DNA of 64,000 bases from Candidatus Nealsonbacteria bacterium DGGOD1a (GCA_022530585.1 CP092821.1:6222-70221), one strand, 5' to 3'. Positions 27,862-37,506 are shown, counted from the stretch's first letter. Numbers and translations: made by a program. The notes: a model not told the origin generated them from the letters alone.

Positions 27862-28122
27862 ATGATAATTATCTACTCGCCGCATTTTGAGCGACTTTAT
27901 AAAAAATTGTCTGACGATGTAAAGGATGACGCCGAGCTGGCTGAAGAAATATTCAGAAAAAATCCTCAAGATGCCCGTTTACATTTCCATAAACTTGGCG
28001 GCCGGCTATCCGATTATTGGGCTTTTTCGGTTAATTACGAATATCGAATTATTTTCTATTACGGCGACAGCAAGGATGATATTTTCTTTGATTCAATAGG
28101 CAATCATGATATTTATAGGTAA
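27862..28122 (+). CDS. RelE/ParE-superfamily toxin
   Basis: 86 aa with HKLGGRLSDYWAFSVNYEYRIIFYY...IGNHDIY matching the RelE/YafQ C-terminal pattern. Confidence 0.7.
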   Translation: MIIIYSPHFERLYKKLSDDVKDDAELAEEIFRKNPQDARLHFHKLGGRLSDYWAFSVNYEYRIIFYYGDSKDDIFFDSIGNHDIYR

Positions 28123-28241
28123 TTTTAATTCATATTGGCAATATAAACTATTGCGTGATGCGCTTGACAGGCGGTTCTAATTATTTATACTGCCAATATA
28201 GATAATATCAATTTATCTATATTGGTAATGTAGATAATACA

Positions 28242-29495
28242 ATGATTCCAATAACCATTTTAGAGGAAATAACCAGAGATCAAGAGGAAAAATTCCGGCA
28301 AAGAGACAGGGGGATTACGCGGGATATTGATTTTGAAAAATATTTAAAGACGGCGCAAATAGTTGTTATTTCGGGCACGCGGCGCTGCGGAAAGTCAACG
28401 CTTTTGCGGCAATTTTATGATAATTTCGGCAGTTGCCATTATCTTAATTTTGACGATGAACGGCTTTTGGATTTTGAAGTCGGCGATTTCCAAAATTTGA
28501 TGCTGGCGTTTGGCAAAATCAACGATTCAAAAACGATTTTGCTGGACGAAATTCAAAACATCGGCAGTTGGGAGAGGTTCGCGCGCCGAATTTATGACGA
28601 GGGGTATAAGATATTCATCACCGGATCAAACGCCAAATTATTGAGTTCGGAATTGGCAACCCATTTAACCGGACGCTATTTCGGGTTGGAGCTTTTCCCG
28701 TTTTCTTTCAATGAATTTTTGAATTTTAAAAAAATTGATTGGAAAATTTTGAATTCGCGAAAAAGAATTGAGATTTTATCGGCATTCGACGCTTATTCGC
28801 AAAACGGCGGATTTCCCGAATTTTTGAAAAGCCAAGACATGGAATATCTCAAAAAAATATATGAAGATATTTTATATAAAGATATTATCGCGCGGTTTGG
28901 GATTCGCGAGGTGAAATCGTTTCGCGAGCTTGCCAATTGCGTGTTTTCAAATTTTACTCAAGAAACAAGCTATAACGGATTAAAAAATACTTTGGGGTTC
29001 AAAAGCTTGGTGACGGTAAAAAATTATGTCCATTATTTGCAGGAAAGCTATTTGGCGTTTGAGGTTTTTAAATACGATTTTTCTTTGAAAAAACAATATA
29101 TCTCCAATAAAAAAATTTTTGTCATTGACAACGGCTTGCGCAATTCCGTGGCGTTTGGATTTTCCGAAGACCGCGGCCGTTTGCTGGAGAATTTGGCATT
29201 TTTGGAATTAAAGAGGCGCGGCAAGGAAATTTATTATTTCAAAGATAAAAAAGAATGTGATTTTTTGGTCAAGAAAAAAAATAAAATTATCGGCGCCATC
29301 CAGGTTGCGTGGCGTATGGACAAGAACAATCAGGCAAGGGAATTGGAGGGGCTCTGGGGCGCGATGGAAAAATTCGGCCTCAAAGAAGGGATAATTTTGA
29401 CTAAAGATCAGGAAGATGAAAATAATGAGCGGGGCAAGGTTAAAATTATTCCGGTTTGGAAATGGCTGTTAGCCGCGGAATGGAAAAATTTTTAA
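28242..29495 (+). CDS. AAA+ ATPase, DUF4143-type (second copy)
   Basis: 417 aa with Walker A GTRRCGKST and Walker B ILLDEIQ. Same architecture as 1013-2194. Confidence 0.75.
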   Translation: MIPITILEEITRDQEEKFRQRDRGITRDIDFEKYLKTAQIVVISGTRRCGKSTLLRQFYDNFGSCHYLNFDDERLLDFEVGDFQNLMLAFGKINDSKTILLDEIQNIGSWERFARRIYDEGYKIFITGSNAKLLSSELATHLTGRYFGLELFPFSFNEFLNFKKIDWKILNSRKRIEILSAFDAYSQNGGFPEFLKSQDMEYLKKIYEDILYKDIIARFGIREVKSFRELANCVFSNFTQETSYNGLKNTLGFKSLVTVKNYVHYLQESYLAFEVFKYDFSLKKQYISNKKIFVIDNGLRNSVAFGFSEDRGRLLENLAFLELKRRGKEIYYFKDKKECDFLVKKKNKIIGAIQVAWRMDKNNQARELEGLWGAMEKFGLKEGIILTKDQEDENNERGKVKIIPVWKWLLAAEWKNF

Positions 29496-29514
29496 AAGGG
29501 TCCGACCCTTTTAA
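29490..29514. terminator. REP-like hairpin acting as likely terminator
   Basis: ttaaaagggtccgacccttttaa overlaps the ATPase stop codon. Confidence 0.6.
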
Positions 29515-29565
29515 TCTTGGCGCGCTGTCTTGGCGCGCTTTCGGATAAACCCGGTTTTTGCTACA

Positions 29566-29751
29566 ATGGAGTATAAAATTATGGAATCGCTTGAAAACAA
29601 TTACGCGTTCATCGACAGCCAGAACCTGAACCTTGGAGTGCGCAGCCAAGAGTGGATTTTGGATTTTGCGCGGTTCAGAGTTTTTCTCAAAGACAAATAC
29701 AATATTAAAGAGAGATTGGAAATCAAAAACCGCCCCGGAAAAGGCGGTTGA
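29566..29751 (+). pseudogene. Truncated NYN-domain gene fragment (N-terminal ~45 aa only)
   Basis: MEYKIMESLENNYAFIDSQNLNLGVRSQEWILDFARFRVFLKDKYNIK matches the N-terminus of free-standing NYN proteins. The similarity then ends and a stop follows. Confidence 0.6.
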
Positions 29752-29835
29752 ATTTGCAAAAGAGGCATTTCCGCGGGACGAAACCCTTTGGTAGTCCTCT
29801 TATCGTGATAGTTTGATCATAGTCGGCAATAAAAT

Positions 29836-30786
29836 ATGTCGAGTGAAACAATCAAAAACAAAATAACGGGCTTTGTCAAATACCACAATAGCTTTGTCAT
29901 CGGACTGGTTTTGGCGCTTTTGGGCGGCGCCGCGATTTTTGCCGCCGATCCGGAGGCAAAGAAAGCGGTTTTGGGAGAAGAAATTATCACTCAAAGCGGC
30001 GTTGACAACATCGCTTTGCTGGCGGCCGATCTGGGCAGTTTTGATTTCGCGATGAAGATTGGCGATGTTTTTGAGGACGATAAAAAGTACTATGTGGATT
30101 ATTCTTTTGAAACTATCGGCATTCAAGATAACATCTGGCAAACCATAACGAGGCATTCGTCAATGGAAATCGATAAATTGTCGCTTGCCGGCGGCGATTT
30201 GGGGCTGTATGTCCAAGAACAGCTTACCCAAGTCGCGCAAAACGAACTGGCTTATTTGGAGCGCGTCCAGCTTGCCGAGAAAGAAAAAGGCCAAACCGAG
30301 ATTGCCAAAACCGTTGAATACACCGGCCTGATCGGGTTGGTTTTGGATGTCAGAAACGCGGTTTTGCCCGGCTATGATCCGGTGGTTAAGCCGGCGCCGG
30401 TTGAATTGGCGCAAGATGCCGAAACGCCGGAAGAAATCATGGATGAACCGGCGGAAAACGGCGGTGAAAATGATAATTCATCATTGATAACTGGATCCAA
30501 CAACCAACCATCCGGCACCGGCGGCAATCCGCCGGCGGCGGGAAGCGGTTCCGGTGCCGGCGGCTCCGCCGATAATCAGCCGCCATCCGGCAACGGCACC
30601 ACCACCACCGAAGAGGCGGTTGTCCCGCCGCCCGAGCCTTCGGAACCCCTCGAACCTTCTCAGACTTCCGAAACCTCTAACCCCTCCGAAACTTTGGAAC
30701 CTTCCCAGCCCTCTGAGCCCTCCGAACCGTCTGAATCTGAACCCGTTGTCCCCGAGCCTGACCTCGAACCTGATCCCGAGCAGTAG
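29836..30786 (+). CDS. Hypothetical membrane-anchored protein with Pro/Glu/Ser-rich tail
   Basis: N-terminal TM segment FVIGLVLALLGGAAIFA. The C-terminus has PSEP/LEPS-type low-complexity repeats. Confidence 0.5.
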   Translation: MSSETIKNKITGFVKYHNSFVIGLVLALLGGAAIFAADPEAKKAVLGEEIITQSGVDNIALLAADLGSFDFAMKIGDVFEDDKKYYVDYSFETIGIQDNIWQTITRHSSMEIDKLSLAGGDLGLYVQEQLTQVAQNELAYLERVQLAEKEKGQTEIAKTVEYTGLIGLVLDVRNAVLPGYDPVVKPAPVELAQDAETPEEIMDEPAENGGENDNSSLITGSNNQPSGTGGNPPAAGSGSGAGGSADNQPPSGNGTTTTEEAVVPPPEPSEPLEPSQTSETSNPSETLEPSQPSEPSEPSESEPVVPEPDLEPDPEQ

Positions 30787-30796
30787 CAGGAAAGTT

Positions 30797-30835
30797 GCGA
30801 AGGTCTAACCTTCGTTTCGAAGGTCTAACCTTCGC
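30797..30835. repeat. REP pair upstream of RAYT (gcgaAGGTctaACCTtcg x2)
   Basis: Two direct hairpins 18 nt before the RAYT start. Confidence 0.85.
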
Positions 30836-30853
30836 CTGTAAATAATATTTATT

Positions 30854-31612
30854 ATGAGTATTAGAGTTGAACCATTTGTGGTTGGGGATTTTATTCATGC
30901 TTACAACAGGGGCAATAAAAAAGGCGTAATCTATTTTGACAAATCGGACAAATGGCGTTTTTTAAGATCAATACGGTTTTTCAATGACCAGCGTGATATA
31001 ACCGAACTGGCCAAATGTTTAACCGATTTAATTGAGTTTCAAAGGGATTTTTTGCGAAGGTTAGACCTTAGCCAAGGAACCAACGAACACAACACATTTG
31101 AATGGCAGGAAGAATGGGGCGAACCTATGCCTTTGACTCAGATAATTTCATACCATCTGTCGCCGAATCATTTTCATTTGTTGATGAAAGAAATTTTTCC
31201 CGGCGGAGTGAGCAAGTTTATGAAAAAATTAGGCAATGGCTATACTGCTTATCGAAATATAAAGAGCGGCGAAGTGGGCAGGATTTTTCAAGGGCCATAT
31301 AAAGGAAAAAATATTAATGATGAGAGACATTTACAATATTTAGATGCCTATATTCAAGTTTTTAACGCTTTCGAATTATTTGAAGGCGGGATTCCCGCGG
31401 CAATGGAAAATTTTGATGAGGCGTTCCAGTTCGCGCTGGACTATCCGTTTTGCAGTTTGGGGGAATCTTTCGGATTGCGCAATTTGGGTATCGTCAACAG
31501 AGATTGCTTTAAAGATGTGTTTCCCAATTTGGAAATATATAAGAAGTTTTGCCAAGACGCTTTGCTGATTCGCGGCGCTCGCGAGTTTTTGGGAAAGTTA
31601 ACGATGGAGTAA
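30854..31612 (+). CDS. REP-associated tyrosine transposase (RAYT; IS200/IS605 Y1 HUH family, COG1943-like)
   Basis: IHAYNRGNKKGVIYFD, HUH motif SPNHFHLLMKE, FMKKLGNGYTAYRN, GRIFQGPYKGK and the Tyr region LQYLDAYIQ. Confidence 0.8.
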   Translation: MSIRVEPFVVGDFIHAYNRGNKKGVIYFDKSDKWRFLRSIRFFNDQRDITELAKCLTDLIEFQRDFLRRLDLSQGTNEHNTFEWQEEWGEPMPLTQIISYHLSPNHFHLLMKEIFPGGVSKFMKKLGNGYTAYRNIKSGEVGRIFQGPYKGKNINDERHLQYLDAYIQVFNAFELFEGGIPAAMENFDEAFQFALDYPFCSLGESFGLRNLGIVNRDCFKDVFPNLEIYKKFCQDALLIRGAREFLGKLTME

Positions 31613-31626
31613 TTTTGGTGCAGATT

Positions 31627-31698
31627 GCGAAGGTTAGACCTTCGGCGACGAAGTTAGCGAAGGTTAGCGAAGGTCTAACCTTCGGAACTAACCTTCGG
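31627..31698. repeat. REP cluster downstream of RAYT (inverted relative to the upstream pair)
   Basis: gcgaaggttagaccttcgg, gcgaaggttagcgaaggtctaaccttcgg. Confidence 0.85.
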
Positions 31699-31705
31699 GA
31701 AAATT

Positions 31706-34700
31706 ATGTTTAATTTCGATATAAAAAATAAATTTGGATTTTGGCGCGGATTTAGGTTGCGAAGGTTAGACCTTCGGCGATTTTTTTGGCGAAGGTCTAA
31801 CCTTCGCAACCTTCGCAAAAAGGGGTGGGGGGTGGCGGTGGTGGGGGTTTTGTGTTTGGTTGGGGTGGGCGGGACGCTGGCGTTGAACGGGTTTTTCGGG
31901 GGAGGGGCCGCGATTCCCGAGGACACGATGACGCGCGGGCTGGCGGGCTATTGGAGTTTTGACGAAGGCGGCGGCACAATCGCCAACGATGCCAGCGGCA
32001 ACAACAACCACGGCACGCTCGCCAACGGCCCAAAGTGGACGCAGGGCAAAAACGGCGGCGCCCTGCAATTTGACGGCAAGGATGATTATGTGAATTGCGG
32101 GGATAGTAGCAGTTTGGATATCACGGATGAGATTACAATTGAAACATGGATTAAGCCTGAAACTGATTCGGTCTCTTATGTTGCAGCAAAAGAAATTCTC
32201 GAAGGTGAAACTTGGTACGGTTACCGGCTAGATCAGTATACGGGTAATATTGTGAGGGCGGACATATGGACGGATGGAGATCAAGGAAGGTTGAGCGGAG
32301 CGATTTCTTTAAATTCTTGGAATCATATTGTTGTTGTTTACTCCAAAAATGAAGAAATTACCAGATTATATGTTAATGGAATATTGAAAGATGATGATTA
32401 CACAACGGGCGATATAAGGACAGCATCTTCCAGAAATTTATTTGTTGGTAATTCTAACTCTCTTCAATATCAGTTTAATGGGGCGATTGACGAGGTCAAG
32501 ATCTATAATCGGGCGTTGAGCGAGGCGGAGGTGAGGTACCATTACAACCACGGGGGGCCGGTGGCGCATTGGGATATGGATGAGGGGTCGGGAGCAAAGA
32601 TCAATGACAAATCGGGCAATGGCAACGATGGCACGCTGGTCAACGGCCCCACTTGGACGCAGGGCAAATACGGCTCGGCGTTGAGTTTTGACGGCGTGAA
32701 TGATTATGTGGATGCAGGGAACCAACAAAATTTGCAAATTACAGGGCCAATTACAATAACCGCTTGGGTAAAAACCAGTAATGTGACTAGTTACAATGGG
32801 ATAGTTACAAAATATTATGCGGAAAATGGTAAAAGAGGTTTCGCGCTTGAATTTAATCCTTTTAATCCAACCGGTGGCGGTTTACGTTTTATAATAAGTA
32901 GGGATGGCACAAGTACCTCTATTGTTAGTACGAACGAAGTATCTATAAATGAATGGGAACATATTGCCGCGACTTATGATGGTTCGACGATGAAATTATA
33001 TGTTGATGGGATTTTAAAAAGCAATGCTAATTATGATGCCGGTATATATAACACCAGTGAAAAACTATTCTTAGGGCGTAATGTCGGTTATAGCTCGCTT
33101 AATGGTTTATTGGACGACATAAAAATTTATGATTACGCGAGGACGGAGGAGGAGATTCGGTTGGATTACAATGCCGGGATGGCGGCGCATTTGGGGCCGA
33201 GCGGGAAAACTTGTTCCGAAGATCCGGCAAGCTGTATGGACTATGGCTTGGTCGGCAACTGGGATATGGATGAAGGGAGCGGATCAGTGTTGAATGATAA
33301 TTCGGGGAACAGCAACCACGGCACCCTCACCAACGGCCCGAAGTGGACCCAAGGCAAGAGCGGCGGCGCCCTGCAATTCGACGGCAAGGATGATTATGTG
33401 GATGTAGAGAATAATGATATTTTAAATTTTGGGACAAATAATTTCTCTATTGAGACTTGGTTTAAATCGTCAACAGGGCATGATGGAATAAATAGATTTT
33501 TGGTTGCTAAATATTGTAATGGCTATAGTCAGAATTATCTTCTTACTCAAACGAGTGGAAATAAATTACGATTTAGTATAGCGAATGGGACTATTTCGAT
33601 AGTTGCGGAGGCAAGCGATGATTATAATGATAATAAATGGCATCATGCGCTTGCTATCAGAAATAGTGATAGTATTTACTTGTATGTCGACGGAAAGTTA
33701 GTTGGCAGTAATACTGGGGTAAGTAGTTTTAATGTTGATAATATATATAATTTTTCTATTGGAAATAGATATTGCGCGCCACGGTATCCTTTTTTTGGTC
33801 AGATTGATAATGTGAAGATTTATAATCGGGCGTTGAGCGAGGAGGAGGTGCGGTATCACTATAACCATGGGGGGCCGGTGGCGCATTGGGATATGGATGA
33901 GGGGTCGGGATCAACAATCAACGACAAATCGGGCAATGGCAACGATGGCACGCTGGTCAACGGACCGACTTGGACGCAGGGCAAATACGGTTCGGCCTTG
34001 AGCTTTGACGGAGTGGATGATTATGTTTCAATTCCGAATAACAGTGATTTGGATATTACTGCCGATGAAAATTTTTCTTACGGTTTATGGCTAAAGACTA
34101 CTTCTACCGGCTGTTCTGCCTGCCATTTTCTTATAAAATATAATCCAGATGGTTATTCGTTGCACTTTACCGGTGATTATGTAAAAGCTCTTGTTAACGA
34201 TTCCGACGAACAAATACTTTCTCCAGGTTATCGGATAAACGATGGCAATTGGCATTATGTTGAAGTTGTATTTGATAGAAGTACGGACTATATGACTCTT
34301 TATGTTGATGGCGCGGCAAGAAGCCAGACCAATGTTGAAACAATTGGCAGCTTGTCAAATTCGCAGGCGCTGTCATTGATGCGTTTTAACGCTTTTTATA
34401 TTAACGGCCAGATTGACGATCTAAAATTTTATGACTATGCAAGGACGGAGGAGGAGATACGGTTGGATTATAATGCCGGGATGGCGGCGCATTTGGGGCC
34501 GAGCGGGAAAACCTGTTCCGAAGACCCGGCAAGCTGTATGGACTATGGCTTGGTGGGCAACTGGGATATGGATGAAGGCGGCGGATCAGTGTTGAATGAT
34601 AATTCGGGGAACAACAACCACGGGACGCTCGCCAACGGCCCGAAATGGACGCAGGGGAAAAATGGCGGCGCGTTGCAATTTGATGGCAAGGATGATTATG

Positions 34701-35797
34701 TGAATTGCGGGAATGGGGCAACACTGCAACCAACCAGTATGGCAACACTTGAGTATTGGATGTATCCAAAGCAATTCTCCGATGGGATGTATGAGAGAAG
34801 CGTAGTTGGATGGTATGCCATGACTGGTAAAGGTATTTATACTAATTTTTGGAATTCAAGATTATATGCACAGTTTTGGGATGGGAGTGTTTGGCAAACT
34901 GTGAGTTTTACTGTACCTTTGCTTAATCATTGGTATCATATAGTAGTTACCTACGATGCGAATGGTGGGGCTAATAATTATAGGATTTATTCTAACGGCG
35001 TTTTAAAGAATCAATTAACAGTAACGGGTAATATCGTTTATACCGGCGGTTATTTCAATATTGGGAGAGATACACTAATGCCTTTTAATGGTTTGTTGGA
35101 TGAAATTAAATTATACAATCGGGCGTTGAGCGAGGAAGAAGTGCGGTATCATTACAATCAGGGCGGGCCGGTGGCGCATTGGGATATGGACGAGGGCGAG
35201 GGAACGCGCGCGTTTGATTCTTCGGGGAACAACAACCACGGGACGGTTTCGGGCGCGACTTGGGTGGAAGGCAAATACGGCTCGGCCTTGAGCTTTGACG
35301 GCGCGGATGATTATGTAGATGCGGGGAATGATAGCAGTTTAAATGCTACTGATGCGATTACGGTTGGAGCATGGGTAAATCCTACGGACGATACGACTCA
35401 TCGAACAATTTTAGTTAAAGAACATTATGATAATAAATTGGGGTATTTGTTACATCAAAAAACTGGAAAAAACTGGATGTTTCGTTTGTATGACGGTACA
35501 TCACAATACGAAGTAACCAAAACAAATGCAGTTGATTTAAATGAATGGCAATATATTGTCGGAACTTATGATGGAACAACGATGAAATTATATAAAAATG
35601 GCGTGGAAATAGCATCGTCAGGAGTTGGCCCGAGCTTAATTGCGACCACTGGAGAGCCATTGTGGATTGGCGGCAGACCATTGCAAGGTCAATATTTCAA
35701 TGGTCAGATTGACGATGTGCGCGTCTATAACTACGCAAGGACGGCGGAGCAAATTCAGATGGACTACCAGCAGGGAGTGGCAACGCATTTGAAGTAA
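31706..35797 (+). CDS. Secreted or membrane-anchored protein with six LamG (laminin-G_3 / concanavalin-A-like lectin) domains
   Basis: The block (W)D(M/F)DEGxG...NDxSGNxNxGTLxNGPxWTQGKxGxAL.FDGxDDYV occurs six times. The N-terminal 40 codons are REP-derived, so the true start may be GTG 31832, just before the TM segment VAVVGVLCLVGVGG. Confidence 0.8.
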   Translation: MFNFDIKNKFGFWRGFRLRRLDLRRFFWRRSNLRNLRKKGWGVAVVGVLCLVGVGGTLALNGFFGGGAAIPEDTMTRGLAGYWSFDEGGGTIANDASGNNNHGTLANGPKWTQGKNGGALQFDGKDDYVNCGDSSSLDITDEITIETWIKPETDSVSYVAAKEILEGETWYGYRLDQYTGNIVRADIWTDGDQGRLSGAISLNSWNHIVVVYSKNEEITRLYVNGILKDDDYTTGDIRTASSRNLFVGNSNSLQYQFNGAIDEVKIYNRALSEAEVRYHYNHGGPVAHWDMDEGSGAKINDKSGNGNDGTLVNGPTWTQGKYGSALSFDGVNDYVDAGNQQNLQITGPITITAWVKTSNVTSYNGIVTKYYAENGKRGFALEFNPFNPTGGGLRFIISRDGTSTSIVSTNEVSINEWEHIAATYDGSTMKLYVDGILKSNANYDAGIYNTSEKLFLGRNVGYSSLNGLLDDIKIYDYARTEEEIRLDYNAGMAAHLGPSGKTCSEDPASCMDYGLVGNWDMDEGSGSVLNDNSGNSNHGTLTNGPKWTQGKSGGALQFDGKDDYVDVENNDILNFGTNNFSIETWFKSSTGHDGINRFLVAKYCNGYSQNYLLTQTSGNKLRFSIANGTISIVAEASDDYNDNKWHHALAIRNSDSIYLYVDGKLVGSNTGVSSFNVDNIYNFSIGNRYCAPRYPFFGQIDNVKIYNRALSEEEVRYHYNHGGPVAHWDMDEGSGSTINDKSGNGNDGTLVNGPTWTQGKYGSALSFDGVDDYVSIPNNSDLDITADENFSYGLWLKTTSTGCSACHFLIKYNPDGYSLHFTGDYVKALVNDSDEQILSPGYRINDGNWHYVEVVFDRSTDYMTLYVDGAARSQTNVETIGSLSNSQALSLMRFNAFYINGQIDDLKFYDYARTEEEIRLDYNAGMAAHLGPSGKTCSEDPASCMDYGLVGNWDMDEGGGSVLNDNSGNNNHGTLANGPKWTQGKNGGALQFDGKDDYVNCGNGATLQPTSMATLEYWMYPKQFSDGMYERSVVGWYAMTGKGIYTNFWNSRLYAQFWDGSVWQTVSFTVPLLNHWYHIVVTYDANGGANNYRIYSNGVLKNQLTVTGNIVYTGGYFNIGRDTLMPFNGLLDEIKLYNRALSEEEVRYHYNQGGPVAHWDMDEGEGTRAFDSSGNNNHGTVSGATWVEGKYGSALSFDGADDYVDAGNDSSLNATDAITVGAWVNPTDDTTHRTILVKEHYDNKLGYLLHQKTGKNWMFRLYDGTSQYEVTKTNAVDLNEWQYIVGTYDGTTMKLYKNGVEIASSGVGPSLIATTGEPLWIGGRPLQGQYFNGQIDDVRVYNYARTAEQIQMDYQQGVATHLK

Positions 35798-36003
35798 GGA
35801 TTTGATTGAGCGTTGAATAATTTTAAAGGGGTCTAACCCTTCCGATTACGAAAGGGATAGACCCCGGAACCAGCAGGGGGTGGCGACGCATTTGAAGTAA
35901 GGATTTGATTGAGCGTCGAATAATTTTAAAGGGGTCTAACCCTTCCGATTACGAAAGGGATAGACCCCGGACCAGCAGGGAGTGGCGACGCATTTGAAGT
36001 GAT
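35767..36003 (+). repeat. Tandem ~102-103-nt duplication (2.3 copies) of the LamG gene terminus plus a downstream REP
   Basis: ccagcaggg(a/g)gtggc(a/g)acgcatttgaagt(a/g)a... starts at 35767, 35870 and 35972. Confidence 0.9.
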
Positions 36004-36009
36004 GCTTTG

Positions 36010-36089
36010 AAGGGGTTGCACCCCGAAAACCCAAATACTTTAAAAGGGGTCGCACCCTTGCGATTACGCAAGGGAACGACCCCCTTGGG
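36010..36089. repeat. REP-like hairpins
   Basis: ggggttgcacccc and the composite ggggtcgcacccttgcgattacgcaagggaacgacccc. Confidence 0.8.
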
Positions 36090-36126
36090 AACGGCCCCGA
36101 GGGAACGACCATGGAGGAAGTTGCGG

Positions 36127-36345
36127 TCAGAGGTTTGTGAATTCCTGATTTGAGATTTTGATTTGCCGGACGATCTTTTTTATGATCGGCAATCCGATGT
36201 CTCCTCCGTGAGGATTGGGAATAAAAATTTTCTCGCGTTCTCGTTTCATATATTCGTGCCAGCCTCCCGTATGGGGGCCCGAAAAGCCGATTGCTTTCAG
36301 CTTTTTAATCAAAATCCGCCGCGGGACGGGGGAAAGATCAGGCAT
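36127..36345 (-). CDS. hicA: HicA-family mRNA interferase toxin
   Basis: 72 aa with KKLKAIGF...GGWHEYMKR...IPNPHGGDIGLPIIKKIVRQ pattern. Confidence 0.75.
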   Translation of the reverse strand: MPDLSPVPRRILIKKLKAIGFSGPHTGGWHEYMKREREKIFIPNPHGGDIGLPIIKKIVRQIKISNQEFTNL

Positions 36346-36607
36346 TGGTTTTTGCCGGCTCTCTGAATCCGGGCAAAAAGGTTTTTTCCTGCAAGCTGGT
36401 CAAAATGTAATCTTCAATCACTTCGGTTAATTGCTCCCGGGCTTCTTCCACGGAGCCCGCTTGCGCATAGGCGCCGGGCAAATCGTTCGCGCTGGCGCAC
36501 CAGCTTTTGGTTTCTTGGTCGTATTCATATTCAGCCTTGCGCAGAATATTCTCAATGTATTCGGCGATATACAGTTTCATAGCGCTATTTTTATAATTTG
36601 CTTTCAT
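36338..36607 (-). CDS. hicB: HicB-family antitoxin (UPF0150-type N-domain)
   Basis: YIAEY...WCASANDLPGAYAQAGSVEEAREQLTEVIEDYI. Overlaps hicA by 8 nt. The start may be the internal ATG at 36580. Confidence 0.7.
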   Translation of the reverse strand: MKANYKNSAMKLYIAEYIENILRKAEYEYDQETKSWCASANDLPGAYAQAGSVEEAREQLTEVIEDYILTSLQEKTFLPGFREPAKTNA

Positions 36608-36675
36608 TATAAATTTAAAATGAAATGTGTCAATTCAATCAATGATTTGTAACCCCTCGCCGGTTTTTTGCATTT

Positions 36676-36909
36676 TAAGGGTCTATCCCTTCTGTAATCG
36701 GAAGGGTTAGACCCTTTTATGAAGGGTCCGACCCTTTCAATGGTTATGATCCAAATGCTTTTGAAGGGGTCGCACCTTTCCGAGTATCCCTCGCAAAAGC
36801 CTTGGGACAAGCGGAAGTGATGGACCCAAAAATTCCGAATGCTATTAAAGGGGTCGCACCCTTGCGAGTACGCAAGGGAACGACCCCTTGGGAACGACCC
36901 CTTCGGGGG
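36676..36909. repeat. REP-like hairpin cluster
   Basis: gggtctatcccttctgtaatcggaagggttagaccc, gaagggtccgaccctttc, gaaggggtcgcacctttc, ggggtcgcacccttgcgagtacgcaagggaacgacccc. Confidence 0.8.
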
Positions 36910-36952
36910 TTCTGAACTTGTAATCTTTTTGGAGAGATATTATAGTCAAAGC

Positions 36953-37150
36953 ATGGAAAATATTACCATTGGAAAAAAAGAATTAAAGGAGGCGGTGCGG
37001 GAAAGCGTGAAAGAGGTTTTTGAACAAGAATTTGCGAGGCTTCGCGCTTCGTTTTTGCCGTTTGTGTCGCGGGAGGAACAAGATGATATTGAAAAATGTT
37101 ATGGAAATCCTGCCCGTAAAAGCGTCAAAGATATTGAAGTTGAAATATGA
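36953..37150 (+). CDS. Putative antitoxin (partner of the downstream RelE-like gene)
   Basis: 65 aa and acidic. The stop overlaps the next ATG (ATGA). No family recognised. Start moved past REP-derived codons. Confidence 0.45.
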   Translation: MENITIGKKELKEAVRESVKEVFEQEFARLRASFLPFVSREEQDDIEKCYGNPARKSVKDIEVEI

Positions 37151-37419
37151 AGTGGCATATCGGCTTTTCCGCGGGTTCCTTGAAGTTCATCAAGAAAAAT
37201 AATTTGGATGAGGACTTTGCGGTTGAAAAAATACTGCTTGCCTTGCGAAAATTCAAAGGAGAGGACATAAATATTGATATAAAAAGGCTTGGCGGCGAGT
37301 GGCAAGGTTTTTACAGAATTCGTTCGGGGCGATTGAGAATTATTGCTGAGTTTTGGTTTGAAAAATGCCGGGCGTATATTGAAAATATTGATTGGCGGGG
37401 CAATGTGTATGGCAATTGA
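37147..37419 (+). CDS. RelE/StbE-family toxin
   Basis: LGGEWQGFYRIRSGRLRIIAEF...IENIDWRGNVY matches the RelE C-terminal signature. Confidence 0.7.
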   Translation: MKWHIGFSAGSLKFIKKNNLDEDFAVEKILLALRKFKGEDINIDIKRLGGEWQGFYRIRSGRLRIIAEFWFEKCRAYIENIDWRGNVYGN

Positions 37420-37506
37420 TTTGCTTTTTTTGAATTGTAAAATCGGCGGATAGGCGCTCGTTAGCCGCTCGCCGGGCCAAAGCAAGCCGCGCGAGATATT
37501 TTTGTA

